Shown: positions 13,358 through 24,704 of the stretch, piece after piece | How the letters are laid out: each line of letters begins with the position of its first letter | How positions within the stretch are numbered: position 1 is the stretch's first letter | Source: an uncultured Actinomycetes bacterium | GTDB lineage: Bacteria; Actinomycetota; UBA4738; HRBIN12 | Assembly (NCBI GenBank): GCA_963828885.1 | Contig: CAWHGC010000017.1 | Span: 34,522-98,521 of the forward strand | Length of the DNA: 64,000 nucleotides | Reading direction: 5' to 3' | Program-made: the position numbers and the translations under genes | The notes under the pieces: generated by a model | The model's input: the letters and a program-made list of their open reading frames with translations, nothing else | What the model was told of the DNA's origin: nothing | Database searches by the model: none

Positions 13358-14202
13358 AGCTGCTCGTCACCGGCGCCGGGGGCGGTCTGGCCCGGGCGTT
13401 CCTCGCGCAGCTGCCGCCGCACCATCGGGTGCACGCCTTCACTCGGGCGGAGCTCGATGTCGGCGACCACGCGGCCGTCATGGTGGCGGTGCCGCTGCTG
13501 GCGCCCGACGCGGTCGTGAACCTCGCCGCCTTCACGAAGGTCGACGCGTGCGAGGCCGATCCGGCGCGCGCGATGCGCGACAACGCGGTGGGCGCGCAGA
13601 ACCTGGCGCTCGCCGCACGCGCCTGTGGCGCCGCTCTGCTGCACGTCTCGACCGACTACGTGTTCGACGGCGCGAAGGGCGCGCCGTACGACGAGACCGA
13701 CCAACCGGCGCCGCTGTCGGTGTACGGGCGCGCGAAGCTCGCCGGCGAGGACCACGTTCGCTCGCTCGTGCACGAGCACATGATCGTGCGCACCGGCTTC
13801 GTGTTCGGGGGCGGCGCCGACTACCTCAGCGGCGCCGTCGACCGGCTGGCGCGCGGCGAGGACGCCGGCGGGCTGCGCGACCGCATCGGCAGCCCCACGT
13901 GGGTGCGCGACCTCGCCGCCCGGCTGCTGCCGATGCTGCTCACCCGCCGGTGGGGGACCTACCACGTCGCCGGCCCCGACCCCGCGTGCTGGTTCGACGT
14001 CCTCACCACCGTCAAGGCGATCGGCTCGCTGCCGGGCGAGGTCCGCGCGCAGACGGCCGCCGAGCTCGGCCTGCCGGCGCCCCGCCCGGTCGATTCCTCG
14101 CTCACGAGCGTGTACGTGCAGCACCTCGGCCTCGCCCCGATGCCGCCGCTCGAGGCCGCCCTCCGAGCCTTCCTCGCCGAACGCCTGGCCGTCTCCGCGT
14201 GA
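13354..14202 (+). CDS. rmlD: dTDP-4-dehydrorhamnose reductase
   Basis: Intact 282 aa RmlD-like SDR. The GTG start overlaps the rmlB stop (GTGA). Confidence 0.8.
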   Translation: MKLLVTGAGGGLARAFLAQLPPHHRVHAFTRAELDVGDHAAVMVAVPLLAPDAVVNLAAFTKVDACEADPARAMRDNAVGAQNLALAARACGAALLHVSTDYVFDGAKGAPYDETDQPAPLSVYGRAKLAGEDHVRSLVHEHMIVRTGFVFGGGADYLSGAVDRLARGEDAGGLRDRIGSPTWVRDLAARLLPMLLTRRWGTYHVAGPDPACWFDVLTTVKAIGSLPGEVRAQTAAELGLPAPRPVDSSLTSVYVQHLGLAPMPPLEAALRAFLAERLAVSA

Positions 14203-14260
14203 GCGGCCACTGCGCCGGACCCGCCCTCGGTTCCGGGTCGGGCTAGACTCCGCGCACTCC

Positions 14261-15608
14261 ATGCGCCGAGCCCTCCTCACCCTGTCGATCGCCGCCCTCG
14301 TCGCGGCCGCGTGCACGGACTCGGGCGCCGGCGGGCCGTCGTCGCCGTCCGTCGTCGGCGAGCCCGTCGGCCTCGCCACCCGCCCGCACCGGCGGCGGTC
14401 CCAAGCCGCAGGCCGTCGACGCCTCCGCCTTCCCGACCCGGTGGCCGATCAAGCACGTCATCTTCCTGATCAAGGAGAACCGAACGTTCGACAACCTCTT
14501 CGGGACGTTCCCCGGAGCGAACGGCGTCAGCACGGGCATGGACCACGGCGTGGAGCGCCCGCTGATCAAGGGCACGGACGGGCGCACGTACGACGACATC
14601 CCGCACTGCTACGAGTGCGCGCTGGCCGCGTGGGACGGCGGTCTGATGGACGGGTTCAACCAGAGCGAGTCCGCGGACCGGTGGGCGTACACCCAGCTGC
14701 ACCACGACCAGCTCCCGAACTACTGGCACTGGGCCAGCCACAACGTGCTGTTCGACAACTTCTTCGCGAGCGCGCAGGGGCCGTCGTTCCCGAACCACCT
14801 GTACGCGATCGCCGCCACGTCGGGCGGCACGCACGACAACCCCCGCCGCAAGCCGAGCCTCACGCACGGCTCGAACACGTTCGGCTGCGACGCGCCGGAC
14901 GAGCAGCTCGTCGAGGTCTACGACAGCGAGGGCAACGTGAAGATGGTGCCGCCCTGCTTCGACTTCGAGACCGAGGGCGACCTGTTGAACGGTGCCAACA
15001 TCCCGTGGTCGTACTACGCCGCCTCCGAACAAGAGAAGGGCTACATCTGGAGCGCGTACTCGGCGATCCGCCGATACCGCCTGCATCCGAAGCGCTGGCA
15101 GGCGCACATCCAGCCGGTCGACCGTGTGGTGAAGGACATCGGGGCCGGCGTCCTGCCGCCGGTCACGTGGATCACGCCCCGCTTCGAGGTCTCCGAGCAC
15201 CCCGAGTACAGCTTCTGCCACGGCGAGAACTTCTCCACGCAGGTGATCGACGCGGTCATGAACAGCGACATGTGGAAGGACACCGCGATCTTCGTGACGT
15301 GGGACGACTACGGCGGGTTCTACGACCACGTCCCGCCGCCGCAGGTGGACGACTTCGGTTTCGGCATCCGCGTGCCGCTGCTCGTGATCAGTCCGTACGC
15401 GGTCGACGGCAAGGTCTCGAGCGAGCTCGGCGAGTTCTCGAGCGTCCTGCGGTTCATCGAGGACAACTGGGGGCTCAACCAGCTCACGAAGCGGGACAAG
15501 GAGGCCACGCCCATGATGTCGGCGTTCAACTTCCACCAGGACCCGCGCCCGCCCGATCCGCTGCCGCTGCGCAAGGACTGCGTGGGCGTGCCGTTCGCGC
15601 AACCCTAG
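14261..15608 (+). CDS. Phosphoesterase family protein (phospholipase C / AcpA-like, PF04185), predicted lipoprotein, split by one frame change near 14395
   Basis: The lipobox signal [18 protein letters not shown] lies in frame A. The conserved core [22 protein letters not shown]... through to the C-terminus lies in ORF 14538..15608. The shift occurs in a cggcggcgg run. Confidence 0.7.
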
Positions 15609-15671
15609 ATCGGGCGTTTCTCCACGGGAACGTCACCGGGCGGCGGGGGAGCGGATGCTACCCTCGGCCTC

Positions 15672-16034
15672 ATGACCAGCGACGATGCACCGGCGGACCA
15701 CCTGGCGCGCGAGCTGTACTGGGCGGAGGAGGCCACACCGCTCGGCCGCATGACGACGGCCGACGTCCGCAACGAGCTGCACGACTTCGCGGCGTTGATG
15801 CGGGCGGACGAGCGGCTGGCGATCCCGCGCGGTGAGGTGAACCTCGCCTCGACGTCCCGGTGGCGCCGCCAGCTCAAGCTCCGGCTGTTCCGCCTGATGC
15901 GGCCGATCAGCTGGCGCTACGACCGGCTGCTCGCCGACGAGGCCGAGCTCACGACGGCGCTCGCCGAGCGGGTGCAGCAGCTCGAGGCCGAGCTCGCCCA
16001 GCTCAAGGCGCGGCTGGAGGACGGGCCGCGGTGA
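15672..16034 (+). CDS. Hypothetical protein with a C-terminal coiled coil
   Basis: A 120-aa ORF with non-repetitive composition. Its stop overlaps the GTG start of the next GT4 gene (GTGA). Confidence 0.4.
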   Translation: MTSDDAPADHLARELYWAEEATPLGRMTTADVRNELHDFAALMRADERLAIPRGEVNLASTSRWRRQLKLRLFRLMRPISWRYDRLLADEAELTTALAERVQQLEAELAQLKARLEDGPR

Positions 16035-17080
16035 GGATCGCGGTCCTGCACCCGCAGACCGCGTTCTCACGCGGCGGAGCCGAGACCCACACCGAGGCGC
16101 TCGTCCGGGCCTTGAAGGTCGCCGGGCACGAGGCCGAGCTCGTCTCGATCGCCGGCAAGTGGTACCCGGCGTGGGAGCTCGCGCACCAGATGGCCGTGTG
16201 GCGCTCCTTCGACATCACCGAGTCCAACGGGCTGAAGGTCGACGCCGTCATCGCGCTGAAGTTCCCGGCGTACCTCGTGCAGCACGAGCGCAAGATCGTC
16301 TGGCTGATCCACCAGCACCGCAGCGCGTACGAGCTGTGGGACCATCCGCGGTTCGCCGACCTGTCGCTGCAGGAGGACGGACCCGCGGTGCGCGACATGG
16401 TCTGGCAGGCCGACCGGGTCGCGCTCGGCGAGGCGAAGCGCATCTTCACGAACTCCCGCAACGTGCAGGACCGGCTCTGGGGCTCGATGCGGCTGTCGAG
16501 CGACGTCCTGTATCACCCATCGCCGCCGACCCTCGCGCTGCTCGGCGAGGAGCCCGGCCCGTACGGCGACTACGTCTTCCTGCCGGGCAGGCTGGAGGCC
16601 CTGAAGCGCCAGCACCTCGTGATCGAGGCGATGCGTCACACGAAGAGCGACGTCCGGCTCGTGCTGGTGGGGTCCGGGCCCGACGAACAGGCCCTGCGTG
16701 ACCAGGTGCGGGCGGCCGGCCTCGGGTCGAAGGTGTCGTTCGAGATCGCCGTCTCCGACGAGCGGCTCCATCAGCTGTACCTGGGCGCGCTCGCCGTCCA
16801 CTACGGGCCGTTCGACGAGGACTACGGGTACGTGACGCTCGAGGGGTTCGCGGCCCATCGCCCCGTCGTGACGACGACCGACGCCGGCGGCCCGCTCGAG
16901 TTCGTCACCGACGGCGAGACGGGCCTCGTGACGCCGCCCGACCCGAAGGCGATCGCGGAGGCGTTCGACCGGCTGTACGCGGACCGGGCGCTGGCGGGGC
17001 GCCTCGGCGCCGCCGGCAACGCCGTCGTGCGCGAGCGCGTGCCGGCCTGGCCCGACGTCGTCGCACGGCTGCTGGACTGA
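16031..17080 (+). CDS. Glycosyltransferase family 4
   Basis: VRIAVLHPQTAFSRGGAETH... GT4 features. The N-terminal 57 aa of the six-frame ORF are Arg-rich overlap and are not taken as coding. Confidence 0.75.
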   Translation: MRIAVLHPQTAFSRGGAETHTEALVRALKVAGHEAELVSIAGKWYPAWELAHQMAVWRSFDITESNGLKVDAVIALKFPAYLVQHERKIVWLIHQHRSAYELWDHPRFADLSLQEDGPAVRDMVWQADRVALGEAKRIFTNSRNVQDRLWGSMRLSSDVLYHPSPPTLALLGEEPGPYGDYVFLPGRLEALKRQHLVIEAMRHTKSDVRLVLVGSGPDEQALRDQVRAAGLGSKVSFEIAVSDERLHQLYLGALAVHYGPFDEDYGYVTLEGFAAHRPVVTTTDAGGPLEFVTDGETGLVTPPDPKAIAEAFDRLYADRALAGRLGAAGNAVVRERVPAWPDVVARLLD

Positions 17081-17085
17081 GCTCG

Positions 17086-18464
17086 ATGGCGGCGCGCGCG
17101 AAGGACCTGGCCCGCCGCGGGGTCGCCGCGCGACGCCGGCGCCGGGCGCAGGAGGCCCAGCGGAACCCGCGCATGGGGTTCTTCGCGCCGCTGCCGCCGG
17201 CGCCGACCGGCGTCGCCACGTACTCGCAGGCGGTGCTGGACGGGCTCCGGCCGGATCGGCTTCTTCGAACGGCACCGCATGGACGTGGAGTGGCCGCCGG
17301 AGCCGCGGCACGAGGGCCTCGTGCCCTGGTACCGGCTCGGCGTCTACTCGCTCGGGAACAACGTGCGCTTCCACCGCGACCTCTACCGCTTCGCGTGCGG
17401 CGCGCCGGGGCTGATCGTGCTGCACGACCTCGCGCTCGACGACTTCGTGCGCGGCATGAAGGTGGAGGGCGACCCGCTCGGGTTCGTCGCCGAGCGCGAG
17501 GCCGAGCGCCTGGCGCCGAACCTCCACTCCGAGGACGTGCTGCGCAACGAGCCGCTGCGCATGCCGTGGGCCGGCCACGTGCTGCGCCGCTCGCGCGGCG
17601 TCATCGTGCACAGCGACTTCGGCCGGCGCTACGTCGAGGAGCTCGGCTCGCGGACGCCGGTGTTCGTCGTGCCGCATCCGGTCGTCGAGTCCGACGCCGA
17701 CATGGAGCGCGCGCGGCGGCACGCGCCGGCGCTGCGGGCACCGCTCGAGGCCCGCGGCGCCCGCACGGTGATCGTCGCGCCCGGCGACCTGAACGAGGCG
17801 AAGCAGCTCGGCGCGCTCCTCGCCGCCGCACGGCTCCTGCCCGAGGACGTGCACGTGGTGATGGTCGGCCGGCGCATCGAGGGCTACGACGCCGACCGCG
17901 AGGTCGCGGCGAGCGGCCTGGGCGGGCGGGTGACGCTCGCGCCGGACGTGAGCGACGACGACTTCCGCGGGTGGCTGTGCGCGGCCGACGTCGCCGTCGA
18001 CCTTCGGTTCCCGCACCGCGGCGAGGTGAGCGGCTCGCTCGCGCGCGCGATGCAGGCCGGGCTGCCGGCCGTCGTCAGCGCCACCGGCACCTACCTCGAC
18101 GTGCCGGACGAGCTGGTGCTGCGGGTGGCGCCGGGTCCGACCGACCCGAGCGAGCTGGCGGCGCAGCTGCGGCTGCTGATCGACGACGAGGGCCTCCGCG
18201 TCCGGATGGGCGCGGCCGCGCGCGACCACGTCGAGGAGCGTGCGCGCCTCGGAGGCCACCGCGCACGGGTACGAGCGGGCGATCGTGGAGACCCTCCGCC
18301 TGGTCCGAGATCCCGTCCGGAAGGCCGAGGCCCGCTGGTCCGGCGCCCTCGCCGACATCGGCGTCGGCGAGCCCGAGGTCCGCGCCGGCTACGGCGTCGG
18401 GTACGCGCGGGCGCTCGAGAGCTTCCGGGGCGGAGCACCCGCGGGGCCGCCCGAATCGCCATAG
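17086..18464 (+). CDS. Glycosyltransferase family 4, split by two frame changes
   Basis: The N-terminus MGFFAPLPPAPTGVATYSQAVLDGL and most of the body lie in ORF 17279..18517. The C-terminal 70 aa lie in ORF 18240..18464. Confidence 0.6.
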
Positions 18465-18603
18465 GAGCTTCACCGGCCGGGCCTGAGCCCGTTGCTAGAC
18501 TCGGCCGAGCGCGCTGACCAGCGCGTTTCCGATCCCGGCAGCAGGGAGCATCGCCATCGCCACGACCGTCGTCACGCGCACGTCGGAGGAGCCGAAGCTC
18601 CGC

Positions 18604-19440
18604 ATGCTCCGGCGCATCCGCGAGCTCGCCGCCCACCGCGAGATCCTGCTGAACCTGGTCCGCAAGGAGCTGAAGGTCAAGTACACGGCCTCGGTGCTGG
18701 GCGCGGTCTGGTCGCTGCTGAACCCGGTCGTCTTCCTCGCCGTGTTCTCGTTCGTCGTCGTCGTCACCGGCAACGCGCTGCCGCACTATCCGGTGTATCT
18801 GCTGTCGGGGCTGCTCGCATGGAACCTGTTCAGCAACTCGCTGCTGCAGGGAGCGCGGTCGGTCGTCGACAACGCGAGCCTCGTGAAGAAGGTCTACTTC
18901 CCCAGGGAGATCCTGCCGCTCGCCTCGATCGGCGTGACCTTGGTGGACTTCGTCCTGCAGTCGGCCGTGCTGCTGTTGTTCATGCTCGTGACCGGCTACG
19001 GCTTCCATCTCCACGTGCTGTGGATGTACCCGCTCGCCGTCGCCACGCTGCTGGTGTTCACGCTCGCCGTGACGCTCTGGGTGGCGGGCCTGAACGTGCG
19101 CTACCGGGATGTGCAGCACCTGCTGAACCTCGGTCTGCTCGTCTGGTTCTGGATGACGCCCATCGTGTACCCGGGCGCCCTGGTCCAGGAGTATCTGACC
19201 GGCAAGGCCGATGTCCTCTGGAACCTCTTCCTGTTGAACCCGCTCGCCACCATCGTGTTCGGCTTCCAGCGGGCGCTGTACGGCGTGGTCAGCCCCAACG
19301 GTGAGGACGTCCTGCCGCAGGTCTCGCTGCGGTGGATGGGCGGCATGCTGCTGCTCGTGCTGACCTGCTCGCTGCTGCTGCTCTCGTACACGTGGCGCCT
19401 CTACTTCCGCCTCTCCGGCGACTTCGCGGAGGAGCTGTGA
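18604..19440 (+). CDS. wzm: ABC-2 type polysaccharide export permease (Wzm/TagG-like)
   Basis: Intact 278 aa, six TM segments, ABC-2 family N-terminus RKELKVKYTASVLGAVWSLLNP. Confidence 0.85.
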   Translation: MLRRIRELAAHREILLNLVRKELKVKYTASVLGAVWSLLNPVVFLAVFSFVVVVTGNALPHYPVYLLSGLLAWNLFSNSLLQGARSVVDNASLVKKVYFPREILPLASIGVTLVDFVLQSAVLLLFMLVTGYGFHLHVLWMYPLAVATLLVFTLAVTLWVAGLNVRYRDVQHLLNLGLLVWFWMTPIVYPGALVQEYLTGKADVLWNLFLLNPLATIVFGFQRALYGVVSPNGEDVLPQVSLRWMGGMLLLVLTCSLLLLSYTWRLYFRLSGDFAEEL

Positions 19441-20599
19441 CGGCCGCCATCGAGATCGAGCACGTCTCCAAGGTCTTCCGCCTGTTCCGCGAGAAGCCCT
19501 CCTCGCTGAAGGCCCGCCTCATCAGCTCGCGCTCGCGCGCGGAGGACTTCTGGGCGCTGCGCGACATCAGCTTCGAGATCCGCGAGGGGGAGTCGCTCGG
19601 CCTGATCGGCCACAACGGCAGCGGCAAGACCACGCTGCTGAAGGTGATCGCCGGCATCATCCGCCCGACCGAGGGGGTCGTTCGCAGCCGCGGCCGCCTG
19701 GCGCCCCTGCTCGAGCTCGGCGCCGGCTTCCACCCGGAGCTGACCGGCCGCGAGAACGTCTACCTCAACGCGTCGTTCCTCGGGCTCACACGCAGGGACA
19801 CCGACCGCGTGTACGAGGACATCGTGGAGTTCGCCGAGATCCCCGACTTCATGGACAACCAGGTGAAGTTCTACAGCTCGGGCATGCTCGTGCGGCTCGG
19901 GTTCGCGGTCGCCGTGCACGTGGATCCCGAGATCCTCCTGGTCGACGAGGTCCTCGCCGTCGGCGACGAGGCCTTCCAGGCCAAGTGCCTGAGCCGGATC
20001 CGCGGCTTCCAGCGCGAGGGCCGCACGATCGTGCTCGTCACGCACGCCCTCGACGTCGTGTCGCAGGTCTGCGACCGGGCCGTGATGCTCGACCACGGCG
20101 AGCTGTACGCGAAGGGCAACCCGACCGACGTCGTGCGCGAGCTCCGGTACGCCCTGCTGAGCAACGACCCCAACTTCGTCGCCGAGGAGGGCACGCGCGA
20201 GGTCGAGCTCGCCGGCGTCGAGCCTGATCCGCGAGGACGGCACCACCGAGCGGCCGGTGCGGCTGGGCGAGGACCTCACGATCCAGATCGACGCCCGCGC
20301 GAACCAGACCGTCGACGACCTCGTGGCGAGCTTCCAGGTCCTGGACTCGGCGAACCTATCCCGTCGTGGACGGCCGGGAGCCGATCGGCCACATCGAGGG
20401 CAAGAAGCGCATCCGCTTCATCCTCCGGCGCCTGTCGCTCGTGCCCGGCCGCTACTTCGTGACGGTCGGCCTCGAGGCCGGCGAGTCCGGCCGCCTGCTG
20501 CACGTGCAGACGCAGCGATACTGGTTCGAGGTCGTCGACGAGGAGCGCCCGCACCACGAGGGGGAGATCCGCGTCGACGCCGCAACGGAGGACCTGTGA
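19437..20599 (+). CDS. wzt: Polysaccharide ABC transporter ATP-binding protein (Wzt-like) with a C-terminal carbohydrate-binding domain, split by two frame changes
   Basis: Walker A GHNGSGKT, signature YSSGMLVRLG and Walker B LLVDEVLAVGD are present. The C-terminal domain (...YWFEVVDEERPHHEGEIRVDAATEDL) lies in ORF 20366..20599, with the linker in a third frame. The GTG start overlaps the wzm stop. Confidence 0.75.
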
Positions 20600-20658
20600 A
20601 CGCGAACCCCCCCGTCACCGACCCCGAAGCCCATCATCCGAAGGAAGGATCCCGCGTC

Positions 20659-21030
20659 ATGCTGATCGGTCTCATCCTGATGTCGGTCGCGCTGGCGGCC
20701 ACCGCGCAGCTCACGCTGAAGCACGGCATGAACCAGGTCACCGAGGCGAGCGGGACGGCCACCCTGTCCGGCAGCTCCCTGCGGGCGGTCCTCACGAACC
20801 TCTCGGTGCTGTGCGGCCTCGCGATCTTCGGGCTGTCGGCGGTGGTCTGGCTCCTCGTGCTGTCGCGGGCGTCGCTCTCGTTCGCGTATCCGTTCGCCTC
20901 GCTCACGTACGTGCTGATCCTGCTGGCCGACCGGTTCGTGCTGCACGAGGAGATCCCGTTCCTGCGGTGGGTCGGCGTGGCCTTCATCGTGACCGGCATC
21001 ATCCTCGTCGCGCAGACCCCGCACCGGTGA
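20659..21030 (+). CDS. Small EamA/DMT-like 4-TM membrane protein (ArnE/ArnF-like glycolipid flippase-type subunit)
   Basis: MLIGLILMSVALAATAQLTLKHG... 124 aa with 4 TM segments and an AAGGAAGGA Shine-Dalgarno sequence. Confidence 0.6.
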   Translation: MLIGLILMSVALAATAQLTLKHGMNQVTEASGTATLSGSSLRAVLTNLSVLCGLAIFGLSAVVWLLVLSRASLSFAYPFASLTYVLILLADRFVLHEEIPFLRWVGVAFIVTGIILVAQTPHR

Positions 21031-21069
21031 GCCGGCCGAGAGCCGGCGGAGGCGGCCGACCTCGCCGTC

Positions 21070-21900
21070 GTGATCGTCAACTACAACACGGGCCACTACC
21101 TCGAGCGGTGCCTGGCGTCGCTGGCCGCGCGCCGGGGCGACGCTCGCGACCGACGTGCTCGTGATCGACAACGCGTCCCACGACGGCTCGCACACCGCCG
21201 CCGTCGCCGCACATCCCGAGGTCCGGCTGATCGAGAACCGGACGAACGTGTACCTGTCGCCGGCGTGGAACCAGGGCGCGCGCGCGACGAGCGCCCCGTA
21301 CCTGCTGTTCCTGAACCCCGACGCCGAGCTGTTCGCCGGCACGCTCGCCGACTACGTCGGCGTGGCGGCCGCGCACCCGGCCGCCGGCATCGTCGGGCCG
21401 ATGATCCGCAACCTCGACGGCACCGTGTACGCGAGCGGCCGGCGGTTCCCGAGCGTCGTCGACGCGACCTTCCACGCGATGCTGTCGCCGTTCACGCGCG
21501 ACAACCCGTTCACCCGCCGCTACGAGATGGAGGGCTGGGACCGGACGACCGAGCGCGAGGTCGACTGGGTGTCCGGCGCCGCCATGCTGATGCCGCGCGA
21601 GGCCTTCGACGCCGTCGGCGGGTTCGACGAGGCGTTCCCGCTGTACGCCGAGGAGCTCGACATCGCGACGCGCCTGCACCAGACCGGTCGCACCGTCCTG
21701 TTCACGCCCGAGGTCGAGTTCCTGCACGCGATCGGCGTGTCGACCGGCCGGTCGCGGAAGATCCTGCTGATGCACTCGCGCAGCGTGTACCGCTACTACG
21801 CGAAGCACCGCGCCGGGGGCTGGCGGCGCCTGACGCTGCCGCTCGCGAGGGTCGCGCTCCGGCTGCGCGCCGAGGTCGCCTGGCTCCGGGGGTCGCAGAT
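21070..21900 (+). CDS. Glycosyltransferase family 2 (WbbL-like rhamnosyltransferase candidate), split by a frame change near 21140
   Basis: GT2 signature (I)VNYNTGHYLERCLASL followed by VLVIDNASHDGS ... DAELFAGTL ... VDWVSGAAMLMPREAF. The position matches Mtb wbbL next to rmlD and manC. The true stop is probably the TGA overlapping the manC ATG. Confidence 0.65.
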
Positions 21901-22918
21901 GAAGGCCGTCGTCCTGGTCGGCGGCGAGGGCACCCGCCTGCGGCCGCTCACGCTCACCACGCCGAAGCCGCTGATCCCCGTGATGGACCGGCGGTTCCTG
22001 GACCTCGTGCTCGACCTGCTGGCGCGCCACGGCGTGCAGGAGGTCGTGCTGTCCTCGCCCTACCTCGAGGAGACGTTCCGGTCGTTCGTCGACGTCGCGC
22101 CGCGACCACCTCCCCGCCGATCCGGTGGATCACCGAGACCGAGCCCCTCGGCACCGGCGGCGCCGTCGTGAACGCCCTCGACCACCTCGGACGACGACGA
22201 CCTCGTGTTCGCGCTGAACGGCGACATCCTCACCGACCTCGACCTGACCGCGATGCTCGAGTTCCACCGGCAGCGCGGCGCCTCCGTCACGATCTCGCTC
22301 ACCCACGTCGAGGACGCCCGGCCCTTCGGCCTCGTCCTCACCGAGGCCGACGGCCGCGTGCGCGAGTTCCTGGAGAAGCCCGCCGACCCGATCCCCGGCG
22401 ACGTGAACGCCGGCACGTACCTGATCGACCCGGCGGTGCTGCACGGCTTCGCGCGCGGGGAGGCGTTGTCGATCGAACGCCAGATCTTCCCGGCGGTGAT
22501 CGCCGACGGCCGGCCCGTGTACGGGTTCGTCTCCGACGCCTACTGGATGGACCTCGGCACGCCGGAGAAGTACCTCCAGGGACACTTCGACATCTTCGAG
22601 GGGCGGGTGCGCGACCTCGAGTACCCGGCGCCGTGGGTGCACCGGGCCGCCGACGTCCACCTGCGCGCGCACCTCGGGCGGTGGGTGGCGGTCGGCGCCG
22701 GCGCGGTGGTCGGGGAGGACGCGACGGTCGAGGACTCGGTCGTGCACCCGGGCGGCCGGATCGGGGCGGGGGCCCGGGTCGTGAGCTCGATCGTCGGTGC
22801 GAACGCACTGGTCGGAGCCGGTGCGACGGTCGTCGACTGCGTCCTCGGGGAGGGCGCGGAGGTCGCGGCGGGTGCGCTCATCGAGGGCGATCGGGTCGCC
22901 GGACCGTCCGCACGCTGA
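21898..22918 (+). CDS. NDP-sugar pyrophosphorylase (mannose-1-phosphate guanylyltransferase-like), split by two frame changes near 22100-22200
   Basis: MKAVVLVGGEGTRLRPLTLTTPKPLIPV, then EPLGTGGAVVNALDHL in a second frame, then the rest including a beta-helix C-terminus in ORF 22205..22918. Confidence 0.7.
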
Positions 22919-22988
22919 GTCCCGGGCGGCCCGGAACGATGTGGTACGGTGCCGGGCCCGGGGCCTCCCGGCCCCTCCCCATCACCTG

Positions 22989-24704
22989 ATGCGAAGAGCC
23001 GCACTCCTCGTCGCCGTCTCCCTCGTCGCTTCCCTGGGCGTCCTCCCGGCCGCGCCGGCCGGTGCCGCCGGGTCGTTCACCTTCTACGGCTCCGGCTTCG
23101 GGCACGGTCTCGGGATGTCGCAATGGGGGGCCTACGGCCTCGCGAAGGACGGCTGGGCGCACAAGAAGATCCTCACCCACTTCTACTCGGGCACCGTCGT
23201 GAAGCAGGCCTCCTCGCCGCCCAAGAACCTCCGGATCGGGCTCACGCAGGGACAGTCGAAGGTGCATCTCACCGCCGAGGCAGGACCCGTCACGATCCGC
23301 GTCGAGGATCCGAAGACCGGCACGGAGGTCGGCACGATCCCGAAGGGGAAGACCTGGACCGTGCGCGAGGCCGGCGACGAAGTACCGCGTGCTGAACTCG
23401 GCGGGCAAGCGCGTCGGCGGCAAGGACTGGGGCGGCACGGCACGGGACCTGTTCGTCACGTACGCCGGCGCCCGGGTGCGCTCGGCCGCTGCCGGCGCCA
23501 CCTACAACCGTGGCTTCATCGAGTTCAACCTGTACTCGTGCGCCGGGAGCTGCGCGATGCGCATGATCCTGGTGGTCGCGCCCGAGGCCTACCTCCTCGG
23601 GCTCGGGGAGGTGCCGAGCAGCTGGCCGATGGCCGCGCTCCGCGCGCAGGCGGTGGCGGGCGCGGTCCTACGCCCTCAACAAGGTGGAGTCCGGGCAGCA
23701 CCGCGCCGGCTGCAACTGCGGCCTGTACGACTCGTCGCTGGACCAGGTCTACATCGGGTGGGCGAAGGAGGGCGGCTCCCAGGGCGACCGCTGGGTGCAC
23801 GCGGTGCACCAGACCGGCGGCCAGATCGTCGCGTTCTCCGGCGACGTGATCCCGGCCTTCTACACCTCCTCCGACGGCGGCCACACGGAGAACAACGAGA
23901 ACGTCTGGGGCGGAACGCCGCTGCCGTATCTCAGGGGCGTCTGCGATCCCGGCGACTACACCTCGGCGAACCCGAGCGCCGTGTGGAAGGTCTCGTACTC
24001 GGCGGGGTCGGTGACGAACCGCCTCGCCGGCTACACCGGCAACATCGGCACCGTGTCGGGGTTCACCGACTTCGACCGCGGCGTGTCCGGGCGCATCATC
24101 ACGGTCCGCGTGGAGGGGAAGAACGGCTCGGACGTGATCAGCGGCGCGCAGTTCCGCGCGGGCCTCGGGCTCAAGGACGACCGCGTGTGGGTGAATCGCG
24201 ACAAGAACGTGACGGGGCGGATCCGCGCGACCTACGACGCCGCCTCGTGCGCGCCCGGCCTGCCCACCTCGCCCGAGGTCGACGTGCCGGGCGGCAGCCG
24301 CCAGCTCTTCGAGACCGGCGCGATCTACCGAAACACGGGCGACGTGACCGTGTGGCTGAAGGGCGCCGTCTTCGACGAGTACACGGCGGTGGGCGGCGCC
24401 GGCGGCCGACTCGGCCTGCCCACGTCGAAGGTGGTGCACGGTCACGGGCGTCACCGGATGCGCGGCGGGGTGCAGCCGGACCTCGTTCGTGCGCGGACGG
24501 ATCTACTGGAAGTCGGGCGTCGGCGCCAACGCCCTGTGGGGCCGCGTGCTGGACACGTTCCTCGCCCACAACGGCGTCGACGGGTCGCTGGGGTTCCCGA
24601 CCTCGCGCGTGCAGGTGGCGGACGACGGCAGCGCGTCGGCCACCTTCGAGCACGGCTCGATCGAGTGCCCGCCGCCCGACGGCGGGGACTGCACGATCAG
24701 CTGA
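22989..24704 (+). CDS. SpoIID/LytB-domain protein with C-terminal LGFP repeats, split by about 3 frame changes
   Basis: A signal peptide is followed by SFTFYGSGFGHGLGMSQWGAYGLA (SpoIID). A large central part lies in ORFs 23389.. and 23684... LGFP repeats (GGRLGLPTSKVV, GSLGFPTSRVQ) are at the end. Confidence 0.65.

Noticed and set aside
14244-14260. A terminator-like inverted repeat after rmlD (CCGGACCCG…CGGGTCGGG)
   Set aside because: The stem is imperfect (one mismatch in 8) with no U tract. It overlaps a better-supported promoter-like element.
16067-18358. A 763-aa minus-strand ORF antisense to two GT4 genes; also 60234..62243 on the minus strand, 1138..3318 on the minus strand, and 33461..36520 on the minus strand
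   Set aside because: Same artefact class: R/G/P/A-rich, with poor GC3 relative to the sense frame.
21155-22171. An apparent GT2-ManC fusion protein of 338 aa
   Set aside because: It is more likely two genes. The GT2 frame is shifted near its 3' end so that its true stop (the TGA at 21900-21902) is missed. The ATGA overlap at 21898 is typical operon coupling.
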